A stretch of 63,807 nt of DNA, filler included, from Hausera hauseri (GCA_046269625.1; 12 parts of 12 records of this genome joined end to end with filler, not necessarily neighbours in it), one strand, 5' to 3'. Shown: positions 1-12,738, counted from the whole stretch's first letter. Numbers and translations: made by a program. The notes: generated by a model not told the origin, from the sequence alone.

Positions 1-229
1 ATACATTCCGGAAACCACGTCTCAAGGAGGACTGATTCAACAACTAAACAAATGGATGAAAGATGAATTGATAAGAAAGTCAAGACCTCGTCTATAGTTA
101 CCAGACCCACATCATACATACAGATAGCCTTAGCACTATCGCTGGTAGCTTGATACATTCCGGAAACCACGTCTCAAGGAGGACTGATTCAACAACTAAA
201 CAAATGGATGAAAGATGAATTGATAAGAA
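1..229 (+). repeat. Exact 77-nt direct duplication (1-77 = 153-229)
   Basis: atacattccggaaacc...gaattgataagaa occurs identically at 1 and 153. Confidence 0.9.
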
Positions 230-1463
230 CAAAAAGAAACGACTTAAGTATCTTAGATCATTTTATGGTCCAGAGTATAGATCCAAGACGATATTGCGTG
301 CCATTTAAGACAGACGGAACCGTTAGAAAATCAGTTAAATACAAAGTAGTTGTATGGAACGCGAATAAACGAGTGATGACCCATTGCAATCTGCCTTATG
401 GAGCTCCATAAAGATGTTGTGTCATAAATTATGAAAACATTTATACCTTCACAATATGAATGTACTACAACACTACGAATGCCCACAAGGAGCGATAAGA
501 CGGCAAGTGAAATTAGTAATACCCGCCAAAGAACGGGTCAATGCAACAAAACACATTGACATAGCACAGTCAACCGATCCAATAAAATGGGTGTTGAATG
601 AAAACATAATTGGTATTTCTGAAGATAGGAAAAACAAATGTATCCAAATAGATACAAAAGGAAGATTGCCAAGCAACTAAGAGATCTCAATCCCTTTTAC
701 AAAAATGAAGGAGTTAAGTCCAGATTCCAATTATTGTAGTATCAAGAACACAGATCTTAGTATCTCTTGTCAAATCTCAGAAGGCTATGAATATAGGATT
801 CATTTTGACCTCTACGGAATTCGAATGAATAAGTCGAGCACTTATTTAGGGAGATACTGTTCAGACAGTAGAATCTGGAAAATTGCGGTCGAGACGACGA
901 CAACGAGATCGACTGTACCGGTAATCACCACTGTTAGGCTTACTGCGACAAAGAATGTTAACGAAAGAAAATTGCTTAAGATACCTGTGAAATGATGGAT
1001 ACAGAAACGTAAAATAATATTTTCGGTGGAAGAGAGGGTCAACTATGACGTCGAAATAAATTGCCGTACAATGTGCAATCATATAAAAAACCTTACTGAA
1101 AAACACATATTACGCCGAATGCAACTCATTAGTACCAAAGATAGAATACATAATGCAAATGCATACCAAAGACTTGCAGAGCCGAACCTTCGCGATATAA
1201 ACCCTAGAAGAAATACAAATAGCACCACATGCAGATAAAAACACAAGACAAGAAGTCACTACGGAGATAACAATTACCTAACCCGAAAAGTTGAATACAT
1301 TATCCATAATAATGATTGTAAGCCTGTCAACGCTTGTGCTTATAATATGTATCGCGATATTTCGATTAGTTGACGTAAATTGTTGAACTAAGCGTACTAA
1401 AATCATAGAACGGGAATTAAGGGTATTGGAACCCCGAGAATACATCTATGATAAAATAACCTG
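208..1463 (+). pseudogene. Fragmented Cys-containing type I membrane protein (env/glycoprotein-like) of a large retroelement
   Basis: Successive + strand ORF pieces with Cys and a Thr-rich stalk (ETTTTRSTVPVITT), ending in a hydrophobic helix TLSIIMIVSLSTLVLIICIAIFRLV (~1297-1370) and a basic tail; broken by stops and frameshifts. Confidence 0.4.
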
Positions 1464-1790
1464 ACAATTACAGATCGGGTTATTCTATCATCAAACAAAG
1501 AATTGGTTTTGGTTCAAAACTATACTTTATCATAAGATTAACACTTACTGTATACTGTACAGACCGGTAAGTACCCAGATCCAGAAAATGAACTCAGAAA
1601 AGGGTCGACGTAGTATCGACTATTTCTTGCAAAAATGTGCAACAGTGCTGATTCCCCATCTAAATAAAATTTTCGGCAGATTAATAACGAACTACATGAA
1701 AAGAATTTTGTAGAGTGCAAACGAACTAATGAGATCCCAAACAATTTAAAAGGGAGTACAGAAGAGAATCGAACAGTACGATTATACGCA

Positions 1791-2860
1791 ATGAGAGAAA
1801 ATAAAAACGTGCGGGCATGCGCTTTGAAAGAGATAATTCAGTACGAGCCAGTATATCACCAGAACATATTTATCCACCTAGCCGACGGTGAAATCTGTTA
1901 TAGGTTAAAAGATCAAAATTGGGATTCTGCACAAGGACGTCAACATAGATACAGTACTTTTCTAATCAATAGCGGAGATTTCCACCATTACAATTGTGAA
2001 TTGGAATTTCGAGTCGCCGCACTACCCGTCAAACTTATGATAGAAGTATGTTATGAAAAGGCGCCATTTATTCAGTTACCACCATTACGATTACAACAAA
2101 GGTTAACTCAGGAGGATCAAGACGACCACCTGCACTCCTTCTGATTAGTTCAAGATGCTAGAAATGCCAGGATTATTACTGTGAATTACGGAGAAGCAGA
2201 TGATGGAAATGACGTTCCAATTGGAGTATCTGTACGAGAAATGGGAGGAACCGAACTTTACACAGAAATTATTAGTCCTAGAAACAGAGTACGAGAAACG
2301 TATTTGGAACTTACTGGAATCAAAAAGAAACAATTAGTTAACGGGAGAGACATCAAATTAGTTCGTGAAGAATTAATCCATTGCTTGTATGGAAGTATAC
2401 TTGTTTGATATCAAATAAAAAAGATTATGGACGAGTTGAAATTACCTGAAACCCACGTGAGTGGAGTTAGAGAAATCGAGACTCATCCAGTAGTAATGAA
2501 TCAGATGGAACAGACCGTTAGCAAAAGAAATGGCTATTTACCACCAACCGTAGAAGGCCGATTTAAGTTAATGCTGGAAGCCATGAGCGGATAACACGTT
2601 CGGATAAGCCGACTGCTAACAGCGAGCCAACGTTCCCAATATTTAAGAGATATATACGCAGGACTCAAATGGGATCACAAATGGACTCCCTATAACCCGA
2701 GAAAAAACTTACGAAGCTCAACTAATTCCGAAGGATTAAGTTCGAAACACAGAAGGAACTTTAAGCCCTATTCCCCATCAGAACTGTTGAATCAATGCCA
2801 GGAGAAAGTTACAGAATTACCATTCAGAAAACCGAATCGAATAAAATCACAACAATAAAC
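1791..2860 (+). pseudogene. Accessory ORF: cupin-like domain followed by a catalytically dead REX4/ISG20-type DEDDh exonuclease domain
   Basis: ORFs 1791-2144 and 2181-2408 share one frame across stops; IITVNYGE...VPIGVSVREMGGTELYTEIISP...LTGIKKKQL...LYGSILV*YQIKKIMDELKL...ASQRSQYLRDIY follows the REX4 pattern AlDCE...RVSiV...G...yVkP...sGI...ilVGH...HsSveDA...LY with the acidic and His residues lost. Confidence 0.6.
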
Positions 2861-3517
2861 GAAACTGAAAACAAACCCAGCACCACTCAAAATTCAGAAT
2901 CAACTAATCAAAAATCCCAGGGTCAAGAAATGTTCAAAGTACCGAAAAACTCAAAAGGAAACAAGAAGAACAAAACAGCGAAAACATTCTTCACCGCAAA
3001 AAGGAAATTATCCTTGTACGAATATCTATTCAAAAAGAAAAATAAGGAAGAAGATAACAAAAAGGTAATTGCAAAACACAAAAAGCCCGAAAAGACAGAA
3101 ACCCAACACGAAATAATGACAACAGAAAAAGAATCTACGAGTACCAAAAGTCCGGACAAAACAAGAAAGATGCACTCAGAAGAAATAAAAAGAAAGACTA
3201 GACATCAAACCCAAAGGAGGAAGTCAGACAACGATATCATCCTCACCTAAGTGAAAATTTTGAAAAAGAAAAGATAGGAAGAAAACGTAAATTTTTCAAC
3301 GAATAAAGATTTCCGCAGACTACTAGTAACCTCCGAGTACTGTAACCACCAGAAAATAAAGGAAGCGATATTTTATGTAAAAAGCGCTGGAATACGAGAA
3401 ATACCAAATGGAACATACACTTGGAAAAACTCCGAAATAGGGAAATATTTAGCCCCAATATTTAAGTCAAAAAGGACTGGAAAGTAGACTGTTCCCGTAA
3501 ATAACCCAATTAAACTG

Positions 3518-4054
3518 ATGTTCAAGAAACAATATCAAACCTACCAGAAAGAAGGAGAAATTCCCGACTTAGATAAAGAAACCATCATGGACTGGACGTT
3601 AGTCTCCGTGAATTATGGCCCTAGAAAAAGTTCAATCAACAACCAGCAAAAAGAATTATACGGTTACCTATATTCCGACCAAAACGGACTAGTACTCGAA
3701 CAAATCCAAATTGTACCCAAAGTCGATTTAGATCGTGACGAAAGCACAAACAAAGATGAAGGCACCTGACCAGTATGTAGCGAAGATATCTAGCAAGGAT
3801 GTGTTAAATTGGACAACCAAGAATGCAGGCACAGATATTGTCGTACATGCTTAGAAACATGGACGATGGATCATGGGAAGACGACGTGTTTAGTATACCG
3901 AGCAGAGGCTAATGGCTTAAAATATTTTTCAAACGGTGAACGCAACAGATCTGTTCATATTCCAAATCAACCCAGTACTAGTTATGCTTTAGAGGCGAAC
4001 ACAGTTGACGACAGTAGTCTCCGGAGTAGACTGGAACTGCTGCGCCGACGATAA
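3518..4054 (+). pseudogene. Accessory ORF with a decayed C3HC4 RING finger
   Basis: In-frame read-through gives T*PVCSEDI*QGCVKLDNQECRHRYCRTCLETWTMDHGKTTCLVYR; the first Cys is now TGA and the last is TAC. Confidence 0.7.
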
Positions 4055-4252
4055 ATGAACGCCACCTCTCCTGACGCAATAGGCACATACGAGGTGTCGC
4101 TCAGGCAGGAGAAATGTTACCGATGGTACATAATCATTACGTGTATTGTAATTAGATATTGTTGAAATAATTAATGGGAATATTTGTCGATTGATTCGAA
4201 TTATTAGTTGTTTATTTGATATTTCTGCGATAAGAATTGTAAAAAGAATGTG

Positions 4253-4983
4253 AGTAGTTAGAAAGGAGGACATGACCCCAAGCCCCCCCCTCCCCGGGAA
4301 GGAAAGTAAGCAATCAGCGCAGGACACGTCATCGGGGGAAAGAAAAGTGGCAAATGATAGGAGAACACGTCATCGCGGGGTGAGGGAAAAAATGGGGTAA
4401 ATTGGGTTTCACTATTCCCACCCCTTTTTGAACAAAGGATTTTCTGAGGTAGATGGGGTTTCACTATTCCCACCCCGGAACAAAGCTGGGGCAGTCGTGG
4501 TTTCACTATTCCCACCTCCATTTTGTTTTGCAAAGTTGTGAAAAAAATGTACACTATGACAAAGCACAAGACAAAAATAAGACAAAGAAGTCTGTACAAA
4601 TATTTATTACAAAATATTTACGCAATAATTTTCATAAGCTACACTATGGTTTTTATCAACCCAAGGCGTTTGTCATCGAAGGGATCCAGTGCTTTCTTTT
4701 TCGATCTAATTGTCATGAGCTGGTGGTTTTTACTACCAATTCGCTCCTGATCTACCACAGTGCTGCAACTGGTTTCATACGCCTGTAACTAGTTACTGAA
4801 TTGTAAGTCTGTTTGCATCAGGTTTATGCGCTTGCACTTGAGCACTGGTTTGGATTGGGTTTTGAGGGCATATGATTTCGGACGTAGGAAAATCGCCTCC
4901 TGATATTGAACGCTGCCCTTGCTTTCATCTTTGAATTTACCAATTACAGAAGCGAAACGAGTCGAGTACAGTGGATCACTTTT
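4253..4983 (-). mobile_element. Maverick/Polinton terminus (AGTAGT end, GC-rich TIR) plus the 3' end of protein-primed PolB
   Basis: agtagt at 4253; three subterminal ggtttcactattcccac repeats (~4404-4516); minus strand ~4620-4983 reads VIGKFKDESKG...EAIFLRPKSYAL...KKKALDPFDDKR, the pPolB C-terminus. Confidence 0.8.
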
Positions 4984-5083
4984 NNNNNNNNNNNNNNNNN
5001 NNNNNNNNNNNNNNNNNNNNNNNNNNNTTAATTAATTAANNNNNNNNNNNNNNNNNNNNNNNNNNNNNNNNNNNNNNNNNNNN
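4984..5083. other. Artificial contig linker N44-TTAATTAATTAA-N44 (also at 9055, 16993, 23126, 27951, 34818, 39627, 44341, 50566, 54935, 59752)
   Basis: Identical 100-nt spacer 11 times; TTAATTAATTAA puts stop codons in all six frames. Confidence 0.98.
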
Positions 5084-5849
5084 CCGAAGTTTTTTTCTGT
5101 TCAACGTGTGTTAAATTTAATATAAGAACGGCGGACATTGCATATCAAATATTAATAATACAAACTTTGTTCAACGCATGCTAAATTTTTAGAATTAATG
5201 AACATCACCTACCTGCGCAGAGTTTGCCAAATTTTTTTTCTTTCTTTCTGTTCAACGTGTGCTAAATTTAGCATACACCTACCTATGTTGTTGAGTCTTC
5301 AAAAACTATATATGCTTACTAAAAAAAATGCACACAAATCCGCTCATTTGAGCACACGCGTGTACGTACTCACATGAGCTCCTTTGACTTCACGTACGTA
5401 CTCAGATGTCATACTTGTGTGCTCGCACAACGCGTAAGTGCACCGTGGGAAAAAATTTGTTTTCTTTCCCACGCTCTACGGGCCATGTTCCGCAAGGGGA
5501 ACACGACGCCCGGCCCGTACCGGGTCCGCCATACAAAACCGTGGGAAAAAAAACTGACCTTGTTCTCGACAACGCATAACCACCTACTAAAATGTCATCA
5601 AAAGTAGGACAAATGAAGACCCCATCCAAAATTAAACGATAGAACAACCAAGACTGCAGGTATATAATGCACAAGTACCAATAAAATGTATTTTGGTAAT
5701 CGATAATATCGATTCATTGTTTGATTTGTCAATATAGCCAATCTTACCCCATTTATCAATTGACCAAAACATTTTATTTTTCTCATTCAAATTTCATATC
5801 CGGTTGGATTTCTACATCTTCAAAATTTTTTTTTCGAAAAAACTGCAAA

Positions 5850-6083
5850 ATGAACTCATCCGACATAAATTTGCGTATAGTCTGCACTGAAGATGGAATT
5901 CCCAAATTCTTACCTGTGAAAAGGAATGATTTAATACGGCAAATAGAGGAGAAAATATTTGAATTTTGTGGTTGTCGTCCTGTACATTTACAGAGGCGAC
6001 ATGGAAATATACTGAATCGTGATAGTTAGGTAAATGAATACAGATTGTATAATGGAGATTCGGTTTTTGTTTATTTCGGGTAA
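5850..6083 (+). pseudogene. Stand-alone ubiquitin/SUMO-like small protein with one in-frame stop
   Basis: MNSSDINLRIVCTEDGIPKFLPVKRNDLIRQIEEKIFEFCGCRPVHLQRRHGNILNRDS*VNEYRLYNGDSVFVYFG matches the beta-grasp spacing of ubiquitin (IFVKTLTGKTITLEV..SDTIENVKAKI...G..L...TLSDYNI...S.LHLV). Confidence 0.55.
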
Positions 6084-9000
6084 TTATACCATTTTATTGA
6101 TTGAATAACGTCACAATTGTAATTTAAGTGATGTCATAGTACCGGTGACCGATCCGTCAAGTGAGCAATGTACCAGAGGCATACAGATTACATATAACAA
6201 GAAAGGAATTCATTTGAAACAAGAAATATCGTCGTTTATTAGCCGTCAACCCGATTGGTTTGCAGTTATCCTAACTAATAAGCAGAATACGAAATGCTGT
6301 TGTATTCTCGATAATGAGTTTGTTTTCACGTATGGCATTAATGATACTTCTATAGTAAAATGGGTACCGATTGAAAGGTAAATATTTCTGTTTTTATTTT
6401 GGGAGAATTTTTGTTTGCAATGTAACAGAATTATTTAACATTAAATGGTTTGATTGGTCCAATTGAATAATAAGTAATATTGGGTAAAATTGGGATTACC
6501 ATTTGTCTGTCTAACATGGGTTATGTTCTGCTTGAAGTTGGTAAAAATCTGATATTGTCGGCTCGTCTACACTACATTGTACACATCATTATTTCATTGG
6601 TCCTATGGAATTATGTTGTTTTTATCCATTTTATATTATACATTTGCTTCTGTTTAGTTATTAGTGTGTCGTCGCGTAGGTGGAAAATATACATTTTCTC
6701 GTGCATGATGCCACAACATGTTAGATGTTTGTAAGGTCAATAGATCACGTGTTTCACATTGTTTAAGACTTAAACATAATCGCAGACGTCATAAGAGACT
6801 TTTGAAAAGGAAGAAGATGGTGAAGAAGTGCCGAGATATTTCCGGTATGCTGTACTAGTTCCAACGCGGTTTCAGATTACAAAGACCTACTTATACAATC
6901 CTGATTGAGTTTGTTTCAGAAAGTTTTATTCTCCTTCTTTTCGTGCCACCTCGTGTATGTTGGCTAACACAAATTTTTGGTGTAAGTTCAATTGAATATT
7001 TCTGGAAAGACCTTAAAAGTAGAATGAAGGAAATGAGACAAAATTGTAATCAAAGTTGGTGATGTCCAAACTAAACGTTAATTCTTCTAAATTAGTCAAT
7101 TTTAAAAGTTGTTATTCGCTCTGACGTAGCAAATCTTAGTGGTTCCCTGGCATGTCAGGTATTGGTACTTCCTGCCCTTTCTCTTCTTCCTACGCATTCA
7201 ATTTCCGTTCCGACATGACATTCAGCACACACCTTACTATACGCTGAATTTCCATCTTATTCATTACATTTGTATTTATCAGTAATCATTTATTTACTAT
7301 CTTAACATACAAATTTAAACGACACTTTCACTGTTCCACAACCAATGTCAAAAGTGATGTCACCTCAAGTCGTAATTCGTACGTAAACTAACAAGGAACA
7401 GCACATCTCTGCTTGTTGGAGTTTTACAAGTTCTACAGGTTCTGCAAGCACAGTGGAAATATGGGACATTTTTATAACAAATAATAAGGGAAATGTAAAA
7501 ATATAATGACGATTAATAATATGAGAAAACTGTTGAACATTTCTTTTGTGGAATTTGTTAAAATTTATAATTCAATGAAGGTGGGGAATATTGTACAAGT
7601 ACCATAAATGAAAGATTTTACTGCAAATATGGGTCATCTTTATAACAAATAATCAGAGACATGCAAAATATAATGCTGATTAATAATATGAGAAAATTGT
7701 TGTCGAGAAAGCCAACATAACGCATTTGGAACATTTAAATGTAACAGCACTTTGCACTTCTTCAAATCTCTCCCACTGCAACTAGATATTTTAAATTCTT
7801 AAAGTTTTTATTGCCTTTCTCGAGCAAATATTCGTTTCATATTCGATTTATCGCATTTCCTTTATGTTCTGACGAAATAAAAATATCCATCGTATATAAT
7901 CTGTGGCCAGTCGTGTCCATAGCCAAAATTTATGTACGATGAAATACGCTGTTGTAAATTAAACCAACACATTTTATACTATCAGAACATCAAGAAAACC
8001 TAAATCAAATATAAAAGGAACGTTAGCACGGAAAAAGGAACAAAAATGTTGTTAAAGTTCAAAATTACTGAACTTAGGTTGAGATGTGAAGGGGGGGTAA
8101 TTTGATCAAGTGCGATACGCTGCAACAACAGTCTGACAAACCAAATTGACGGAGAAATTGAGACAAAATTTTAAACGTGGTAATTCACATAATAGAAAAT
8201 TGAAATTAAAATATTTTTTAAATTTTTACTAATTGGTCATAAATATCTGTGACCTCAGAGAGAATTTCGTGATCATTGTTCAGTAGTTTTTCAAAAATAT
8301 TCAAATTTCCTAAAACAAAACTGCTGACAAGTACGTCGATGAGTAAAGGTTCATGTCAAATTAAAAATACTAATTCCGTAGTTTATAATGTGTAATCTCA
8401 AATAAAATTTTTAGTTCTAAATGACATTCTGTTCATTTTTATAATTGGTTATTTTTAAATTGATTAAAATATTTTACACAACATAAGAAATTATGGCTTC
8501 ATTTGAAACTGTTTATTACGCATTTACTTTCCCTTGTACCTCCAGGGAGGTGAGGGAGCAAATTGCTCCTCTAAGTCTTCAGTACCCCATGCCAACTCGT
8601 TCGCCTAGCTCCCACCCTCCTGTTTCACAACCCTGGGTACAGACAAAACACAAGGGAAACAAATAAGTAAGGAAGTGAGTCTTACTATGAAACAATTGTT
8701 ACGGCTACTATATTCGCTGCAGGTACGCAGAACATCATCACCGATGTCGGAAACGAAAACGTAAAATTCTGCAAAAGTAAAGTTCAGGTATAAAAGGTAT
8801 ATTGAAAGAGTTAGCCAGAAAAGTGGTAGCCATTAATCGGGCGTATATCCATTTCGACGTATTAGGAACCGAAGAGATCGAATGTGTAGGATTACAAGAA
8901 AGGTCCAGTCCGAATTGGCTAAAAGTAGTAGAGTCCGTCTTAGCTCCTGGAGTGTAGGGTACGACAGCGGGTGTTTTTTTCACTGTCTCAGTTTGGTGTG

Positions 9001-9154
9001 CACAATGTCTGCATCCTGCTGTAGTCTGCGGATCCAGTCTGTTTCTGTGAGCATNNNNNNNNNNNNNNNNNNNNNNNNNNNNNNNNNNNNNNNNNNNNTT
9101 AATTAATTAANNNNNNNNNNNNNNNNNNNNNNNNNNNNNNNNNNNNNNNNNNNN

Positions 9155-9435
9155 TAATTGCGAACGGGAAATCCCTTAGAGTCTCGAACTAACTGCAAAC
9201 GACTCGATGCAAAAGATTGTCTTAGTAGAGTATAGTATGTAGCACTGTTCTCACGTATTGTTATTGGTAAAATTGTAAATGTGAATTCCACCAAAGTCAC
9301 TTCCCAGGCTCCCTGGCGTAAGCAGAGCGGCTCGTCCAACGCCACTGTAAACCGTTCAGCAGTATTGTTGTTGTTGCCTTTGTTGTCATGTTGTGATAAT
9401 CTGTTACTATCAAGTACCGAATAAATGCTCACCAT
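9155..9435 (-). pseudogene. Maverick/Polinton minor capsid (penton-like) N-terminus
   Basis: SVLDSN...NTAERFTVALDEPLCLRQGAWEVTLVEFTF fits the Polinton penton start LpSn...nt..F.v.L...l.L.g.WeV.L.E; lies next to the integrase. Confidence 0.7.
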
Positions 9436-10466
9436 TTAATCTGTGATACAAATATCCAACTCTGTGTAATGTATGTATGAACCTTTGCCACGTGAACGTA
9501 GAATTTCCTGAATAAGATACACATAAGGTTTTCCCGGTAGTACTTGCAGTTCCTGTTCGTAAAATTTGTCACGTATTTGGTCACCATTTTCATCTTCTAA
9601 AACGTACATAACAGGTTTTTGTTTTGTATTGATTGATGAAATTCGGAAAATCTCATTACTCCAGTTCTGATTGAAATTCTTAATGAATGGTGTCGTACTC
9701 AGTTTTGAAATATGTACATAGTTCCCTATTTTTTACTTGGGCCGTTTAATTGGTCGTCGTTGTACTCGGTTGTGATAAAACCACATGTTGGTAACTTCAA
9801 ACGGCCGTAATCCACTGATTCTACGATGTGTCGAATGATTGTATGCATGAATAATATGGGTAATAGATCTACACAGCGTTTACTGCCCTGCTTTGTAAAG
9901 AATTTGTTTATTCAGCCGCGTAATGTTCGATTAAATCGTTCAGCGAGTGCAGCCTTCTATTGTGAAAACAGAGTAGTGGTTTATACCGAACCTGTTCAAG
10001 GCCGATGCGACATGCGAGTTGTAGAATCCTTTACCCAAATCCGTTTGTAAATGCTTCGATGGGGTTGTTGTTGTTGTTGTGGCTGGTTTATTACTTTGTA
10101 AGCAGCGTTGGCAATCTCTTTACCGGATTTAGATTTTGCGACAATTGCACGTACAAAATGAATAAAAATATCAATACATGTAATCACGTACCGTTAATGC
10201 TGGCGTACGGAATTATTTCCGTCAGATCCATTTGGCAAAAATTATTTACGCCTGCAGCACGGTATGCATGAGTTGGGAACCATTTTCCTACCGGTTTGTT
10301 TGAGCTGTATGACAACTGCTTCCCCAGCCAACGTTGGATTTGTCGCCGACTCTGCCGTACAGTCTTTGCCAGTTTGTCGACGCCAATATACTCGACGAGA
10401 TGACGCGGGTCAAACCGCACATTGCCCATTGTCGGTTTTGTCGATGGTGTCGGTTTTTCTTGCATT
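9436..10466 (-). pseudogene. Maverick/Polinton retroviral-like integrase
   Basis: FDPRH..YIGVDKL...WLGKQLSY; QMDL; ITCIDIF; KAALAERFNRTL; GNYVHISK...NWSNEIFRI...YVLEDENGDQIRDKFYEQELQ; many stops and frameshifts. Confidence 0.9.
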
Positions 10467-10574
10467 ATAACAATCTGAATGAAACAATAATGTAATTTTC
10501 GGTAAACTGGGACAAAAAGATGAAAGCCATGTACCAATATCGCTAAATCATCATATACTTACCGTCATTGTTTA

Positions 10575-10915
10575 TACTAAACTGTTTCAGCAATGAGTCT
10601 ACCCACTAAAGACGTGGCAACCAGTCGAACTGCACTAAGAAAGCCGTCATCTTGCTGGTACATGACCTATGCTTCAGTCGCTTGCTACGAGAGGTTAGCA
10701 AGGCTAGTGAGACCTTTGCGATACTTCAGTAAAATCCGCTTTCTACTACCAATGTCAACGTGACCCACAACGATATTGTATATAATTTCCATTAAATCGT
10801 CCATTACAAATTGCAGGAATGATCGTAGCACGATTCGTTTATGTCTCGATAGTGCTTTAAACAAAGCAAAAATGTACGGTTGACTACGTTTGAAACGCAT
10901 GTTTCGTCCGTGCAT
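10575..10915 (-). pseudogene. Conserved small Polinton protein (PW / protein X-like)
   Basis: Helical ORF LMEIIYNIVVGHV...KYRKGLTSLA; read-through gives MYQQDDGFLSAV, similar to the Q.GGFL motif; lies between ATPase and integrase. Confidence 0.55.
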
Positions 10916-11132
10916 ATTGATGCACTGACGACGTAGTTGTTTATAATCGTTGCCATTTTGTGGATAATTTGCGTCTCACTGCTGACGTTGTTCGATTAAT
11001 TGCTTAACTGTGACAATACGTTTTGCTGTACTTGATACACGTCTCTTTTTTACACCTGTTTGGTTGGTTCACGTTTATCAATTGTTTTTCGGAAATTTTG
11101 CTTTTGGTTTCACTCTTACTATCATGTCGATT

Positions 11133-11766
11133 TTAGAATTTGTTTATAGACATGTACTCCTTTTGGATTGAAAATATCTGTTTGTACACGCATGTTATCT
11201 TGACATTGTTGTGTAAAGTCAATAAATTGATATCTATGCGCCTTGTTCGTAGCATCATGATATGCATTCATCAAGTAGGCTCGGTTGTGAAAAAATGCTT
11301 GTCATGCAACATAATCAATGATAGTCTGATCACAGGAATTTTTGAACAACACCAACTAGTGTACGTTTAAATTTCTTGTTCGATGCTATCCGCATGATGG
11401 AACATGTTTTGCGAATTGAAAATAATCGTCGTGTCGTGCAATCTTCGTGAACAGTTTGTTGAAGTCGGTTTGTTTAGTTGCTTTCTGAAATAAATCGTCA
11501 ATGACGATAAGGTCACCGTTGCGTAATCTCTCAGACCAGTTTTTATAAAACCCATCAATTACCGTTATCAATTTTAATTTACAAAATTCCTGATGTATCA
11601 GACCGGACTCACCATCATCACCAACACCCTGATGTCAGTAAATGTGATTGTACCGGGGTGAATGAAACATGCCACGGTAGTTCTGCAATATTTTACACAC
11701 AAAGTGTGTTTTTTCACTTCAACTGGGGCCTACAATCTGGACAATTGCATCATTCTGCAGCTTCAT
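11133..11766 (-). pseudogene. Maverick/Polinton A32-like DNA-packaging ATPase
   Basis: Walker A IVGPS*SEKT, Walker B LIVIDDL, LFTKIARH, LVLFKN. Confidence 0.85.
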
Positions 11767-11853
11767 CTAAATAATACAACCTTTTCTCACATAATTTGTT
11801 TATAATCATGTTACGCACATATAAATAGCCATAATATAAACACTGTTTCCATA

Positions 11854-12279
11854 ATGTTAGCTAATATCAACTATCGCGGACATGTTACTGAGAGTGACAT
11901 TAACACATTACTTTTTAATCAATGGAAGCCGAGGCATTATGTCCTCAAGTGTCCACCGGATTTTACATGCATAATATTTTAATCGGGAAAGTGCCTTATT
12001 ATGGGTTGTCGCAAACCAATCACAGCAGACAACAGTAAACTACTGCCATTCAGAATTGTCATTAACCAAATCCAATAAATAACAGAAAAGACTCATTTAG
12101 GCTGCCCATCAATCAGTCTGTACAAATTATCAACGGCCACTGAATGTACGTATGAACCCGAACTGTTTTCTGCACTTAGACTGACATTATTTCTCCCACT
12201 TTGTGTCAATATGTTTAGCAGTGAAAAAATTGTTGTACTCCGTATTCGGACAATGTACTATAAACCGAATATTAATTAA
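11854..12279 (+). pseudogene. TATA-binding protein (TBP)-like gene inside the Maverick; intronless, two in-frame stops
   Basis: Single frame: MLANINYRG...CIIF*SGKCLIMGCRK...TYEPELFSALRLTLFLPLCVNMFSSEKIVVLRIR, matching both TBP repeats (LIFSSGKMVCTGAK and YEPELFPGL...LLIFVSGKVVLTG); absent from the ORF track because of the stops. Confidence 0.75.
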
Positions 12280-12738
12280 ATTAAAAACCACATAAATGTT
12301 TTACTGAATCAAAATAATGTACTCTGCACAACACCAGCAATCTATAAATACCATTCTCATGCTCATTCAGACATTACTGCCATGGAAGGCGACGATAAAA
12401 CGATTCTACTCAATGATGATAGTGGTTGTGAAAATAATGCAAGTTCAGATTGGTCGTGGTTGTTTGGCTACAAAAAGGATAATTCTAATGTCAAATTGCA
12501 GGGAACGAAAACAGAACCTGTCCAACAAATAGAAAAACCGTATGACAATTCTAATGTCGATTGTCTGGAGGACAATTATGATGTCGATTATCTAGAAACA
12601 AAAAAGGAACTTGCACAGAAATAAACAAAACCGATATTAAAAAGGCAAGTAGCAATGATTGAAATACGTAAATGAAAATCAAAACTGCCTCGCCAAACAC
12701 CGACACGTTTACCGAAACAAATTTTTCGCAAGTATGAA

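Noticed and set aside
1-229. Exact duplication at the window start as an LTR or functional repeat
   Set aside because: It lies in coding-like sequence at the window edge; most likely a local tandem duplication or an assembly artefact
4984-5083. Regularly recurring TTAATTAATTAA palindrome as a biological repeat or recombination site
   Set aside because: Always centred in exactly 44+44 N, so it is a synthetic six-frame-stop linker; adjacency across it cannot be assumed
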